Shown here: in pieces, positions 13,414-27,000 of the stretch
Layout: the number at the start of each line of letters is the position of its first letter
How positions within the stretch are numbered: the first letter of the stretch is position 1
Origin: Trichosphaerium sp. ATCC 40318
Taxonomy: Eukaryota > Protista > Tubulinea
Assembly (NCBI GenBank): GCA_038496445.1
Contig: JALMLS010000039.1
Coordinates: forward strand, 1 to 64,000
DNA length: 64,000 nt
Direction of reading: 5' to 3'
Made by a program: the position numbers and the translations under genes
Notes under the pieces: model-generated
Seen by the model: only the letters and a program-made list of their open reading frames with translations
Told to the model about the DNA's origin: nothing
Database searches by the model: none

Positions 13414-16268
13414 ATGTATATCAGAGTAGTCAGCTTTTCCTTATTTCTGTTACTTTTACTTGGGATAGCAGTTATCTTTCTCTCAAACTGATTTTATAAC
13501 TGCTTTGAAAGCAACTCATAACGACCCCTTGTTTGACGTCCGTATAAGTTTTTTACTTGCTCACCGCTTTATGATTTAACGAACTATTGGTTGATTCATT
13601 TTTAGCCTTGTAACGACACCAGCATAACTTGTGATGAATCTGGTAACATTGTTCGAGTGTTCGTGAACAATCACGTTTTATTTTTGCTAAATCACGGTTA
13701 TCTTCAAAAGAGTGTAAAGTCTGAAATTTTGTAGGAGCATGCAGCGCTCTATAGTACTGAACTTATCTGATGACGCTTTTGATGCCTTGGATTCTCTCAC
13801 AAGTTTGTAGGACAAATTATTGTTCCGCTCACTATGTTTACATTTGTTTAAGAATTCTCATTAACCTTCGGACTGATACATTCTCATGGAACCTCACATT
13901 GAATCCAGGAAAGCTCACAAATCTTGAATCTTTGTACGTCAATGGTATTGTTGTTCTATTAATGTTTCCCAACAGATATCTTGGTATGCAACGTGCTGTT
14001 GTGTTGTTGAATGCTCAGTGTAACCTAAAAGTACCTAGGAAACGTTCAAGGATCAGGATCTATTCCTGCCTCCATCACACAGTTGAAGAATCTAACAGCC
14101 TTGTAAGAATTCTGATTATGCTTGCGCTTATTGTGTTTGTTTAATAGGTCAATTACGGCTAATAAAGATATTACAGGAACTATTCCATCAAATTTGTTTT
14201 CAAGCCTTCCCAAACTTCAGCACCTGTAAGTACAAGACTACTTTTGTTTTAATACTGAAGGTGTTTAGTGACCTGAGAGGTACTTCAATAAGCGGATCTA
14301 TTCCAGATATACCTCCTGGCCATCCTTTAACCAATCTGTAAGACCCAAACTACTTTATCCAATATCGGTTTGGATAAGATGTTTCAAATCATCAATTCTT
14401 TACACTGGCACTTTTGTTTTTAACAACACATTTAGCGTCATCTCACACAATTCGGGGCAAATGAATGGAACAATACCTGAAGGAATATACGGCAACGGAT
14501 TAAGCATATTGTATGTCTTTAACCAATGACAACAATCACCATTTATTAAAAAACCAAAAGGATTATCGAGGGTGAACCTTTGCTTGTGACCGAATTGGAT
14601 CTGTCACGTGTGGTGGCACCAACATTTTCACGCCTTAGAACATTGTACGTACCCAAACAACACCCAATATTTGCTGATGACAGCTTAGGCATTTAGATAG
14701 TTTTCCTTTAACTAAAATCCCGGATCACTTTGCTAATCTAACTAATCTTCAAGAACTGTACAACAGTGTTGTTTGGTTTTGCTTAACCCCTTGGTAGGAA
14801 ACTATACAGATGTGGTTTGGAAGGACCACTACCAGCTTTTCTTGGTAGCCTTCCTCTACTTGAGTTGTACGTTTGCTGGCGCCTACTGCTTGGAATACCT
14901 AATTGTGTGAAGGAACCTTAGCGACAACAGGTTGAATGGTACTCTTCCGGATTGGATATTTAACATCAGTCGCGTGTATGTATTTTGTACTTATTGCAAT
15001 CATATCTGATTCTCATTTTTTTCTGATGGTTTTTGTTAAAGGAAACTTCAAGATAATTTGTTTTCTGGGACCTTCCTCAAGTACCTTTTGATCCAACAAC
15101 ACAAAGAAATTTTTGGTTGTACGCTTGTAGTTTTCTCTTCTTCTACTTACTATGTTAGCTCAGTTTATAGAAACAACTTGTCTGGCGATATACCACCAGT
15201 ACTAGGTCAGTACTTATGGGTGTACGTCGTTCATATATAAACTTCAATATTAAAACGCTTAGTAATTTGGATAACAATCACTTTTCTGGAGGACTACAAC
15301 GTTTAAATGGCACAAGAGCTCATAACATGTATGTTCAGATTGAAATTTCAGCATTTGTTAATTGGAGTCTGTTTAGATCCATAGCTCACAACGAATTTAA
15401 TGGAACGATGCCAAGCTTCCTTGAACACATAAATACCCTGTAAGTTGTATACGATCAACATTACAAGCTAAAAAGGTTCTAGTTCTGTTAACGGCAATTA
15501 TTTTTCGTGCCCATCTGTTCCTTTTCGAGTCTTAACATGGTATAGCCTAAAGAATTCTTACTCTGAACTTGCTTACTACAGTATTAACATGTGATAGTGC
15601 TGTGTTTCAACGAAAGTATGCGAATAATTACTTTTGTAATGAGTTGGGATTAATTTGTGAAACAATGGGAGTCTCAACTGCTCTGGAATGTGTAGGGGCT
15701 TTCCATTTGTACCAACTAAATCTCCAGCTCCACCCGCTCCAATTCCAAATAACATCACACTTCCAGAGGGAACAATAATAGATAGACCAACGGTGATACA
15801 AGGCAACCTGAATATTGTGACTCCTACAACAATATTAATTCCTCTGACTTTGGTAAAGACGACACAATACTCACTGTTACAGGAACGTAAATTTACTTGT
15901 TGTTTGCGCCTATCCTGTCTTGTTCTTCTCAAAATTCTTGATTTAGGTTGCTTATCACTACAAAGTGAATTGATTGTTACCACACCACCAACAGTGAGAA
16001 GACCTTCCAGTATTGATCTTATCAAAGCTAATTGTATCATTGGTGATATCGACAATATTAAGATAACAAGTGACAAGCAGTGTTTCAATGACAAGGCACT
16101 TAGAACCAATATTGGGTAATACATTCTTTGTACTTGTTTTACTCTCGTGTTTCTAACTTGTATTGTAGGATAACACTCAACGTTGGTGGTAATACATGCT
16201 ATGGACATCGTGTCACAAGATTCAGTTTCTTTGTGTTTGTCCTTTTTATTTTATTAACACTCTGTTGA
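13414..16268 (+). pseudogene. LRR surface receptor paralog 2 (~15 LRRs), frameshifted
   Basis: Close homolog of paralog 3 but with a 2-bp deletion at ~13470 (gcagttat vs gcagagttat) and 1-bp deletions at ~15670 and ~15844. Confidence 0.8.
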
Positions 16269-17559
16269 AAGGTCATTTTATAAAAAACTGTTCTTGCTCA
16301 ATAACTGTTAGTACCAATGAATCATATTGTGAAAGTGGTTTTGTTTTTCATAGCCCATAAAATGCGAATCTCCCAAGTAGTTCCTTTGAGTCTATTAAAA
16401 ACTAAATACAGACATAATGCCTATTTATACACGGTTTTTTAGTGCTTGAGAAAACGCTATGTTCGTGAGCACTGGAGTAGAACTTTGTGGGATGAACAGT
16501 CACGTGCTTTGAAAAGAAGCTTAACTAAATTGACATAGCGTTATTTCAGGTCAACGCTTTAATAGAAGTTGAAGCCAATAGTGCACTGTTTGCACGAAGA
16601 GTGGTCATGCCTATAAATGTGTTATATAACTCTGTTAAAACTCGGACACAAACATCTTGAGGAATGGGTTCTAGGCACTTATTATTTGCTGATGTATTTG
16701 TTACAGTGATTCCTATCAAATAGGCGTTTGGTAGAGGTGCTAGATTCTTGGTAAAACGGTCACTTGTTTCAGCTTTGTACCAAAACTTTATTTCTTTGGA
16801 TTTTTCGGCTGTTTTATTGTATAAAACAAGGTCTCAGGCTTTGTGAAAAGCTGTCTAGCCAATAGCTTCTCCTCCAATCAGGTGTTGGTTATAGGAGCCA
16901 ACAGACAATGGGGATCTAATTTTTCATAATTGTATGGCAATAAGATAAAGACCCAATTAAAAAGTAAGAAAATAATGAGAATGATAAGCTCAAAGATTTG
17001 TCAAGACTTTTCTTTGCTATGTAACCCGGGAGGTGAGACAAATTACAGCTATATCCTTACATGTGACTCAAAGGAATTTTCACAAAAGATATGGCTACCA
17101 GGTTACGGTCTTGGTCAGTTATTTATTCAGGGTCATTACATAGCTTTGGAGCTCCAAGACAGAATTTAGGAATTGAGATCAGTTCAGAATTTTTACATGA
17201 TAAGTGCTCATGATACTGTTTTACAAATACGATAACGTGATAAATCCGTTTTCTTTTATACACCTAAAACACAAACAAAAAAAAATTGTGGGACCTGAAC
17301 ATACTTGTAGCCCTACCTGTGGTGATCTGAATGGTACCAATTTTGTTTCAAATTGGTTAGTGTAGAACGTAGTAGTATGTAGTTTACACTAAAACCTCTC
17401 AAAGCACAGCCTTGCCAACAGGAGCACCTGACGTGCAACTGTTTTTCGAACTGGTTCACTTTGTGCTAAGTACTTTGTAAAAGACTCCAAATACGTCCAA
17501 AACGCCTACAAACGATCTACATACGCGTAATTATGTATATATAAGCGTATTCAATACGC

Positions 17560-17700
17560 ACAAGGCATTGGAGCAGTGCAAAGACGAATTCCATTTCGAA
17601 CCAACCGTTGTAAAAAAAAATTGTGAACATGTTTTATATGTTGTGTCCGGACTAACGCGGTTATTTCTACGCGTGGGTCGTTGGTTTACTCCAAGGATAT
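17560..17700 (+). mobile_element. Possible degraded MULE transposase fragment
   Basis: ALEQCKDEFHFEPTVVKKNCEHVL...LRVGRWF weakly resembles the MULE F.P..xMxDxE...GCxFH region; no TIRs found. Confidence 0.25.
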
Positions 17701-18492
17701 CCACGAAAACAGATGAAACCTCATGATAACGCTAAATCAGTCCAAAAAGACAGTTATTTGTTTATTTGAGTACTACACGCTTCTTAGTATGTATTAAAGA
17801 CAATAACAGGACCTTAGAAGAGTTCGGTGAACTTGCTTTATAGTGATATGGAGCTAGTTACACATACTCACACGTAAAGAAACGATAAAAATGTAATTTA
17901 AACTCTAAATAACGCTACACATGGAAAAAAAACCGTTATCACGTTTTTTAAACACGAAACGTCATCGGCTGGGTAAAAATCCCAGGTGTAGAGTATATAA
18001 CTACCACTAAATGACTTTGTTGTTTTCAAGGCGAAAAACGAGTACAGCACGTTTATAGAACTGAAAAAGTCGCCATTCCGAAATAATAAAGCTACAACGT
18101 GCTACTGTTGAAGTACCTTCTTTTGCAAGAACATGCTTTTCGGAATGGTATTACTGCCAAAATTACATCGTGACGCATAGAAATATCAGGTTAAATAACA
18201 TATCACGAAATAGAACATAACACTTTCTACCAGAAAGCTGATCATACTTTTACGGTTACAGAATGGAAACCTTCTAGATTTGAAAGCCGGCTAACCTTCT
18301 TCTTAACGACTAATGACTATGATTCAGTGAAATATTGTGCTTAAAAGCATTGGATAAACAAACTATAGCAAAAATAGACTTGTAAAATTACAATGAAGCC
18401 AACAATAGCCGGTTTTCTAAGAGCTCTATTCTGCCTGCTGTCAGATTCATTCTTTTTTATTAAACAAGTAAACGAGAACCAAACTTCTAAGT

Positions 18493-19290
18493 CTAGGAAG
18501 CAGCTCTCCAATTAATGAGGTTATTCCGTAAACATCGAAGAATTGAACTAACTTCTTTGTATGTATATTCGCATACTCTATCAAGGTAACTTATACCATC
18601 ATCAAAAGCATTCTTAGCCATTTCAAAAGCTTCATTCTTATTCCCAAGGTCATATTGTTTCCTGCTTTGTTTCAAATGAAAAGAAAGAACCAAAGAACAA
18701 GCAGGGAACATATCTGAAATACAATCATACATTTCATCTAACAATTGGATAGATTGTTGTTTATATTCTTCTCTATCATCGCCACTTGAAACCTCAATGA
18801 TATATTGATGGTATTTACTTTTAAGAGATGTGTAGATAAATCTACTATCACTGTGTTGATATCTAATTGAGAGAATAGTGTCACATGCTTTTATGGCACG
18901 TTTGCTTGCTTCAATGATTTTATCTTCTAGTTTCTTTCTATACGCTGTTACTACATACACTGCTGGCTCGTCTGCCGTCCTAATAACCACATTACATTGG
19001 ATGGTAACAAAAATCCTTACCGCTCCAAGTTATTCACAATACGCCAAGATGCCCTCAACGCTCCTACAAAGTTGGAAAAGGCGACGTCAACAAGATTTCT
19101 CTCGTTTTCATATAATAACTCGCCATCTTCTTTTGCTATGGCTACTAGCGCTTCTACAGCTTCTACCATATCCTCATACTGCTCTGACTGAATTTAACAT
19201 GAGTTTATTATCGCAGCTATTAAAAAGCCGTTTAACCTGTTCAGCAATACTCGCTTGGTACACTGCTGCTTCCCGTGCATTCATTGACAT
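18493..19290 (-). CDS. Divergent 14-3-3-like protein (2 introns)
   Basis: Spliced: MSMNAREAAVYQASIAEQSEQYEDMV...ENERNLVDVAFSNFVGALRASWRIV...AKNAFDDGISYLD...YKEVSSILRCLRNNLINW*; clear 14-3-3 helix motifs. Confidence 0.9.
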
Positions 19291-19685
19291 GTTAAAAGAC
19301 ACTGTTTACACAGCTAGTTGATGTTCAAAGAATAGAAAGCTAAGTTCTGGTGTTAAGTTGTTTTCAGCTTGGCTTGCACATCAACTTAGTTCTTTGACGC
19401 ACGATTGTGAGCAGCAGACTACAATTAAACACCAGAATTGGTATTCTTGCATGAAGTAAACGCCTTGAGAAAATCGCCGCTAAAGCTGCTTTTTATTTAT
19501 AACGCGCTGTAAACGTTATGTTTACCTCTGCCACAGTATCAGTGATCTTTTTTTATAAAATCAGAACTTCCGTTTTTACATTGCTTTGCCAAGTTGGGAA
19601 AAATTGCAGGCTTGGCAGAACTATTTCAACGTGATTCGTATCACATTTTGTTCCGCGCTATCTGAGAAGCTACACAGCTCAAACA

Positions 19686-22600
19686 ATGTATATCGTCAGC
19701 ATAGTAGCTAGGTTCTTTATGTTACTTTTACTTGGGATAGCAGAGTTATCTTTCTCTCAAACTGATTTTATAACTGCTTTAACAGCAGCTCATAGTAACG
19801 ACCCTTCATTTCACGTGCGTGTTTTTTTATTTTAATTGTTTTCTGACTGTTTTATGATTTAACAAGTATTAAGTAATTGAATTTTAGCCTTGTAATGATA
19901 CTGGCGTAGCTTGCGATGGAGCTGACAACATAGTATCAGTGTTCGTGAATAATCACGTTTATTTTCGCAAAATCATGTTTATTTTCGCTAAACACACGTG
20001 CTCTTTAAAAGAGTGTAACGTCCGAAAATTGTAGGAACATACGTAGCTCTATAATACTGAAGTTAACTGATGACGCTTTTGATGCCTTGGATTCTCTCAC
20101 AAGTCTGTACGACAAATGGTTTTTCCGTTCACTATGTTTACATTTGTTTAAGAACTCTCATTAACCTTCGGACTGATACATTCTCATGGAACCTTACTTT
20201 GAATCCTGGGAAGCACAAATCTTGAATCTTTGTACGTCAATGGTATTGTTGTTCTATTAATGTTCCAACAGATATCTTGGTATGCTGTTTGCTGTTGAAT
20301 GTCAATGTAACCTAAAATTACCTAGGAAACGTTCAAGGATCAGGATCTATTCCTACCTCCATCACACAGTTGAAGAATCTAACAGCCTTGTACGCTTCTT
20401 ATTCTTGATGATGCTTGCGCTTATTGTGTTTGTTTTATAGGTCAATTACGGCTAATAAAGATATTACAGGAACTATACCATCAAATTTGTTTACAAGCCT
20501 TCCCAAACTTCGGTATCTGCAAGTACAGAAAATCATTTTTGTTTTAATACTGACGGTTTTTAGTGACCTGACAAGTACTTCAATAAGCGGATCTATTCCA
20601 GATGTACCTTCTGGACATCCTTTAACCGATCTGTAAGACCCAAATAACTTTATTTTGTTTTTTTTGTTGCAGCAAGATGCTTTCAAATCAATGCCACTAC
20701 ACTGGTGCTTTTGTTTTAACTACACTTTAAGCATTATCTCACACAACTCGGGGGAAATGAATGGAACAATACCTGAAGGAATATACACTAACGGATTAGA
20801 GCGACTGTATGTCTTTAAAAAACAATCATGTCAACATCAACTTACTAGTAAACAAGGACTATTGAAGGAGAACCTTTGCTTGCAGCAGAATTGGACCTCT
20901 CACGTGTGGTGGCACCAGCGTTTGAGAACCTTACAATATTGTTAGTATCCAAAGAACGCCCTATATTAGCTAAGGACAGCTTAGGCATTTAGATAGTTGT
21001 CCTTTAACTAAAATCCCTGATCATTTTGCTACTTTAACAAATCTTATCGGCCTGTACAACTAAACGCACTGATTTTCTCCTAGGGACTATTTTTGTACGC
21101 GGTTCACACCTCTTATATCAATGCTTTAGCATGTGTTAATGTATCTCTAGAACGAATGGCTCTATTGTTATGTTCTAAGTGTGAAATAAATTATTTACTT
21201 TTTTACATGTTTTTTGGCGTATTTTTTTAATACATAGCTAAAAAAGCTTCAATCGAGCTTCATTGAGAATAAACAAATGATTCGAGCCTGTAATCATCAT
21301 AAACGGCTCTTGCAAATAAAGATATGCGTTATGGGCTAAAATAAAGCTTATGGTACCACAATATGAACGTGTATATACAATGTACCTTTAAACGGCGTTT
21401 ATCGCTCGGAAAACGCTTAAACCGTTGGTTTGCTGTGTTAATATTGTAGTCAAATCGAGTTCCCCAATACCGATGTAGGGCAAGCGTGTACAAGCGTTTA
21501 AATGGTGTACATACATTTAATAGCTATTTGACATATGTTAAGAAGGGTTTCAAGTCTGTACAGCCTTGCGTAATCTGTAAATTCCAATATTCTGTACTCC
21601 ATTTACCATAAGCAATTTTACATTTTATGAAATACCATGAGTTATTGAAGGTCTCTTACTCTTTGAAAGTATAGTCCATACACTGTATATGATACAGCAT
21701 AAATTTCAGCAATAGTTAAACAATTGTAGCAGCATAGTTTCATAGAAACTGTTTTTGGTAAGTACTGAAGTGTCTCCATGTAAAAAGTAAGTTCTGTCTC
21801 TAAAACTTCTGTAGTGGTAAAACATAACTACAGCAAGCTGTATGGACCTTTGATTCAATAAAGTACCCAGCAAGAGTGAGTATTTTGACATTTTCATTTA
21901 AATATTATGTTCATCAACTTCTATGAAAAAGTAACCTCCGTGTTTTGATACCTAAATTATCAAATACTCTATAACTGCTTACAGGTAGACAATGGTTTAT
22001 TGAGCACCTGCCACCAAAAGGAAAGGTTTGAAAAAGGTATCTGTGGGTTAGAATGATTGTTCAAAATACTGACCAATTTACAGCAATCAGGTATAGAGAC
22101 GGGTGATGATAGCTTTATGTGGAACACTGAAAGTGATAAAAAATGCAGGAAACGACAGAATGTAATCCTTAATCACTATGTTGTTCAAGAATTACGTGCA
22201 AAACATGGTGGTGTTAGAGGAGAAGAATGTGATCCCAGGCAGGAAAAACTCGTTTTTGGATTCAATGAAATAGTTGATTGAAGTACACTATTAATTACCA
22301 GCAAGTTCTGGTTCCACTAAATTATAGACACAAATGTATTCTGAAGCATACCCAAAATTTGGCCAAAAATAACGTTTTTGAGGTGTGCTAGACTTTTTTT
22401 GAAAGTGTGAACTGCTTCCAAAAATCGTCCCTATGCCTTATCCAACTAGGAAAATTGTCGAATGTGGATTGGAGGGTCCACTACCTGATTTTCTTGGTGA
22501 TCTTTCTTTAATAAGTTTGTACGTAACTTACTTGGAGTGCTTTACTACTTGGAGTACCTTATTTATTGAAAGGAACCTTCGCTACAACAAGTTGAACGGA

Positions 22601-23861
22601 CCTATTCCAGACTGGGTATTCAACATCAATACTGTGTACATACTTGTTTCAATCATGTTTGATTATAACTGTTATGTTAAGGAAACTTCAAGATAATTTG
22701 TTCTCTGGTAGCCTTCCTCAAGTGCCTTTAGATCCAACCAACAATTTTGTTCAGTTGTAAGTCGGTACTGAAAACAAGATACATCATACTTACTATGATA
22801 GCTCTGTTCAAAGAAACAACATCACAGGTGATATACCACCTGTACTTGGTCAGTACGCGTTTGTGTACGTAATTCACATCAACTTTAGCATTAATACAGT
22901 AATATCTAGGAGTTTGGATTACAATCACTTTTCCGGAGGACTAGAACATTTAAATGGCACAAAAACTACTCACATGTACTACAATCCAAGATAAACTATA
23001 CTAACGAAAGTCTATATAGATCCATAAGTCACAACGAATTTAATGGAACTTTACCAAGCTTCCTTAAAGATGTATATACCATGTAAGTTATACATGCTCC
23101 ATTTCAGTAGCTAACAGTTATATTCTTAGATCAGTTCACAACAACTATTTCTCATGCCCGTCTGTTCCGTTTCAAGTGAGAAATTGGTAACGTCACATGC
23201 CTCAAACATGATTTGTGCTCGTCAAATACTAACACGTGATAGTGATGAGTTACAAAAGTTTGCTAATAATTACATTTGTAACGACTCAGGAATAACTTGT
23301 GAAACAATGGGAAGTCTCAATTGCTATGGAACGTGTAGGGGGTTCCCTCTTATCGTACCAACTATAATCAATAACACACTCCCATATGGAACAATAATAG
23401 ATAAGCCAACAGTGATACAAGGCGACCTGAATATTGTGACTCCTACAACAATATTAATTCCTCCTGACTTTGGTAAAGACGACACAATACTCACTGTTAC
23501 AGGAACTTAAATACACTTTGCTAGCTATTTGATGATCTTGATTTAGGTTGCCTATCACTACAAAGTGAATTGATTGTTACTACACCACCATCAGTGAGAA
23601 GACCTTCCAGTATTGATCTTATCAAAGCAAATTGTATCATTGGTGATATTGATAATATTAAGACAACAAGTGACAAGCAGTGTTTCAATGACAAGGCACT
23701 TAGAACCAATCTGGGGTAAGTTTGTTATTTGTTTATTGTTATCCACTAACTATTTGTACAGAATAACACTCAGCATAAGCCTCAACGAATGCTCTGGGCA
23801 ACAAATCACAAGATTCAGTTTCTTTGTATTTATTCTTGCTATTTTATTAGCGCTCTATTAA
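19686..23861 (+). pseudogene. LRR surface receptor paralog 3 (~15 LRRs), intronic TE and an early frameshift
   Basis: Signal peptide MYIVSIVARFFMLLLLGIAELSFSQ, LRR exons, C-terminal RFSFFVFILAILLALY*. 2-bp deletion at ~20214 (aagcacaaat vs aagctcacaaat in paralog 2). Confidence 0.75.
21083..22431. mobile_element. Non-autonomous TIR DNA element (1349 bp) with TA target-site duplication
   Basis: Left end GGGACTATTTTTGTACGCGGTTCACAC; right end reverse complement GGGACGATTTTTGGAAGCAGTTCACAC. TA at 21081-82 and 22432-33. Removing it restores a 45-bp intron matching the paralogs. Confidence 0.88.
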
Positions 23862-24024
23862 TACATTCACATACTGAGACTCTACTAATCTACCAAGGCG
23901 ACAAAATAATAACACGTGTTTTCCTTCTGAAAAAAACCAGTCGTTTACTAATTTCAACGTGATTCGTTTTCTTACTGAGAGTTTTTCCGAGTGCTTCCAC
24001 CTCTCGCTGTAAAAACCTCATACA

Positions 24025-27000
24025 ATGACTACTATAAACATAGAAATGATAATCGTCCTACTCGCGATATTTAACGTATCTTACGCTCAAACAGACTTTG
24101 TAACCGCTTTGAGCGAAGCACACTCAAATGACCCTTTATTTCACGTGCGTATTTTTCGTATTTTGCCCAAATAGTATCGCTTGTTCAAGTTGACCCAAAT
24201 CATGCTTATGGCATCTTTAAAGCCTTGTAATCATACTAGCGTGACTTGTAATGGATTTGACGCCATTTTGGAAGTGTACGCTACTAATTAGAATCACAAG
24301 GTTATTTGTTTTAAACTAAAATGGTAGGCGAATTGAAGATAACATGAGATTGAACCTAGCTGATAATGCCTTCGACGACTTATTATCTCTCACGGTTTTG
24401 TACTAAATTATTAACCCGCTAATTGTTTCTAACGCGTGCTAAGAGTTCTTGACAGCCCTAACATCTCGTGGCGTCTTACTTTGAATCCCGGAAAGCTAAT
24501 TAATCTAGAAATTTTGTGCGTTCTTCCTGTTGTTGCCTTACTTACCCTTCCTACAGGTTTCTTAGCGGTACGACGCCTAGGAAATATTAAACCGCTAGTT
24601 ATAGCCAACCGTTGTGATATTTCAAGTATCTCCTAACACGTGACCAGGAACGATTCAAAGCACATCACATATATTTCCTGCGTCAATATTGAACCTAACA
24701 AAACTAAGGGAGATGTGAGTCAACTGTTTCTTTCTACGCTTTTTTGTGCTTACTGTATATCCCTATAGAACTATTAGTGAAGATCCTAATATATCTGGAG
24801 AGCTTCCAGCAAGCTTGTTTACAGATCTCCGTCAACTAGAAATTCTGTAAGTTGTTCAACCTTCAAAACCTTTTTTCAATCATATTCTAAAGTTTGTAGA
24901 GATGTTTCAGGAACTTCAATAAGCGGAACTATTCCTGATGTACCACCTACAGTACCTTTGCGAGTGCTGTACGATATCTTAACGTATATATTGTCACTAA
25001 TGTACTTACCCGACAGTGTTCTTGATAACACAAAACTGACTGGTCCAATACCAGAAGGGATTTACCTCAATGGGTTACAACGTTTGTATGTATTTTAACA
25101 TACTATTGATTGCTATAAATCTCTCAACCTGTTTAAAGGAGCATCAGAGGCGTCACATCTCTTTCAAATGCCCTAAATCTGTCACGTGTGGCATTACCAG
25201 CATTTGACAGTATGACTCTATTGTGCGTCATAGCTTAACTCTAGAATTTAGCTCAACACTGATTACTTATTACCTAGGTCTATGGGTGGTAAATCTTTAT
25301 CTACAATACCTGAGCACTTCGCTGGTCTAACCAACCTAAGACAGCTGTACTATTTTATTAGCTAACATTATGTTTGAATGTTAAATGTCGAATATTTGAC
25401 AAAAAATGTCGAGTTTTGGTGAATTGTTTTGCTGTAGACTGTAGTGTTGTTTTTGGTTTACTGACTAGTCAGACCATGTGACTGTGAATAATATCACGTG
25501 ATTGGCCCACTTCTTCCGAAAATAAGACCTGTTTTCTGAAATAACGTATCTTGTTAACAGTGACTCAGTTATACATAATACAGTGCATTTACACGTTAAA
25601 TAAACAACAATCTGAAGAGAACCAGTAATTTTGAAGAGGTTTGGGGCTTCAAAGAACAATGAAGTGTCAAACACCCTCAAAATAGATACATAGGCGTCAC
25701 AGACACGTAGAAAAGCTAAATATACATATTTTACAATAGTTGGTAAAATGTCGATGTAAAGACCTGATGCTGTTACCTAACCTCTCTTTTGCACATTAAC
25801 AGGTCATATTAAAGCATTATTAGTTGTTTGCCGCTGTTTTAAAAAGGTTGAAGCTTCAAAGAAACATGAAGAATGAAACCACTTCAAACCACAAGGATAG
25901 CATTTTCCACGCGTAGATATGTCCAGTAGAGACTTTGAATATTTTTTTGACAGTCAAACAAGATTGTTGATATAATTACAAGGAGTCTTAAAAAGGAAAC
26001 ATGCTAAGACTCTATCAGTGCTTTCACCAGACCTATTAAACGTATCAACAACAGTATGAGGTATTAACATTAAGTACTTGCTAAAATAGGAGCAAAAACT
26101 TAAAAACCATTTGTTGCTCTCATTAAAACACATAATGGAGGAAGGTACTCCTCCAGAATACAATGTTGCGGCTGATGTAACGCCTGAAATGTTCAAAACA
26201 CTTGGAGTGTGGATCCATGGTGACCGTTTGGTACTTTACACCAATACAAAGAAAGATTTTGCCTACCAATGGCATACGGACAACAATGGAGCACTCATCA
26301 AGAAGAATTCAGTGTGGGCTCATTACTTTAAATGCCCTAACCGTAAGATATGTAAAGCCCGCGTAATATTGCATCAGGAAAACCTCAGAGATGGTAAAAT
26401 GATCAAACTGTCGCAAACTACAGGTGCATAAACTCATTCAAATGAAAAAACCACCTTATTTCTTTTCAGAACACAATGAAGCGTGTCAACCCACCCCAGA
26501 GTTCAAGTTAAAATTAAGTTATGCGGCAGGAAAGAAAATACAAAAAGATATTGAACTGGGTATCCGAACAACTACTATTGTGAGCATAGTATGTGCAGTA
26601 CATAACACTAACAATCACTCAGCTGCAATCTTTTTTAAAAGATCCCACGAAAAATAATGTAAACACTTCAGAAGTACCTAGTGGCTATGCTATGGCGTCA
26701 CAAGTGCGTAAAGCGCATAATATGGACAGATTACATCCAGAGGTACTCAAGCTTAATTATTTATTCCTTACAAGGCACAGTTGTTTACCCACATTCATCT
26801 TAAATACCCCAAAACTATCCAAATACTTATTGCTGAGCATGTTGTTTTTTCTTATATAAATTTGGAAGTTGGTTCGCTGTTCAAACAAGCCAACACCAAA
26901 ACACTATACATGGATTCCATACACAAAGTATCAGACACAGGCGCACATGTAAGCATTTTGTCCATTATTTACTTCCCTCTGTTCACTTATTTTGTCAGGC

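Noticed and set aside
15576-16208. Minus-strand ORFs over LRR gene ends (also 23521-23709, 29705-30085)
   Set aside because: Antisense to conserved spliced exons; no independent protein signal.
16300-17400. Short ORFs between LRR paralog 2 and the 14-3-3 gene
   Set aside because: No recognisable motif, many stops; possibly a decayed element but unsupported.
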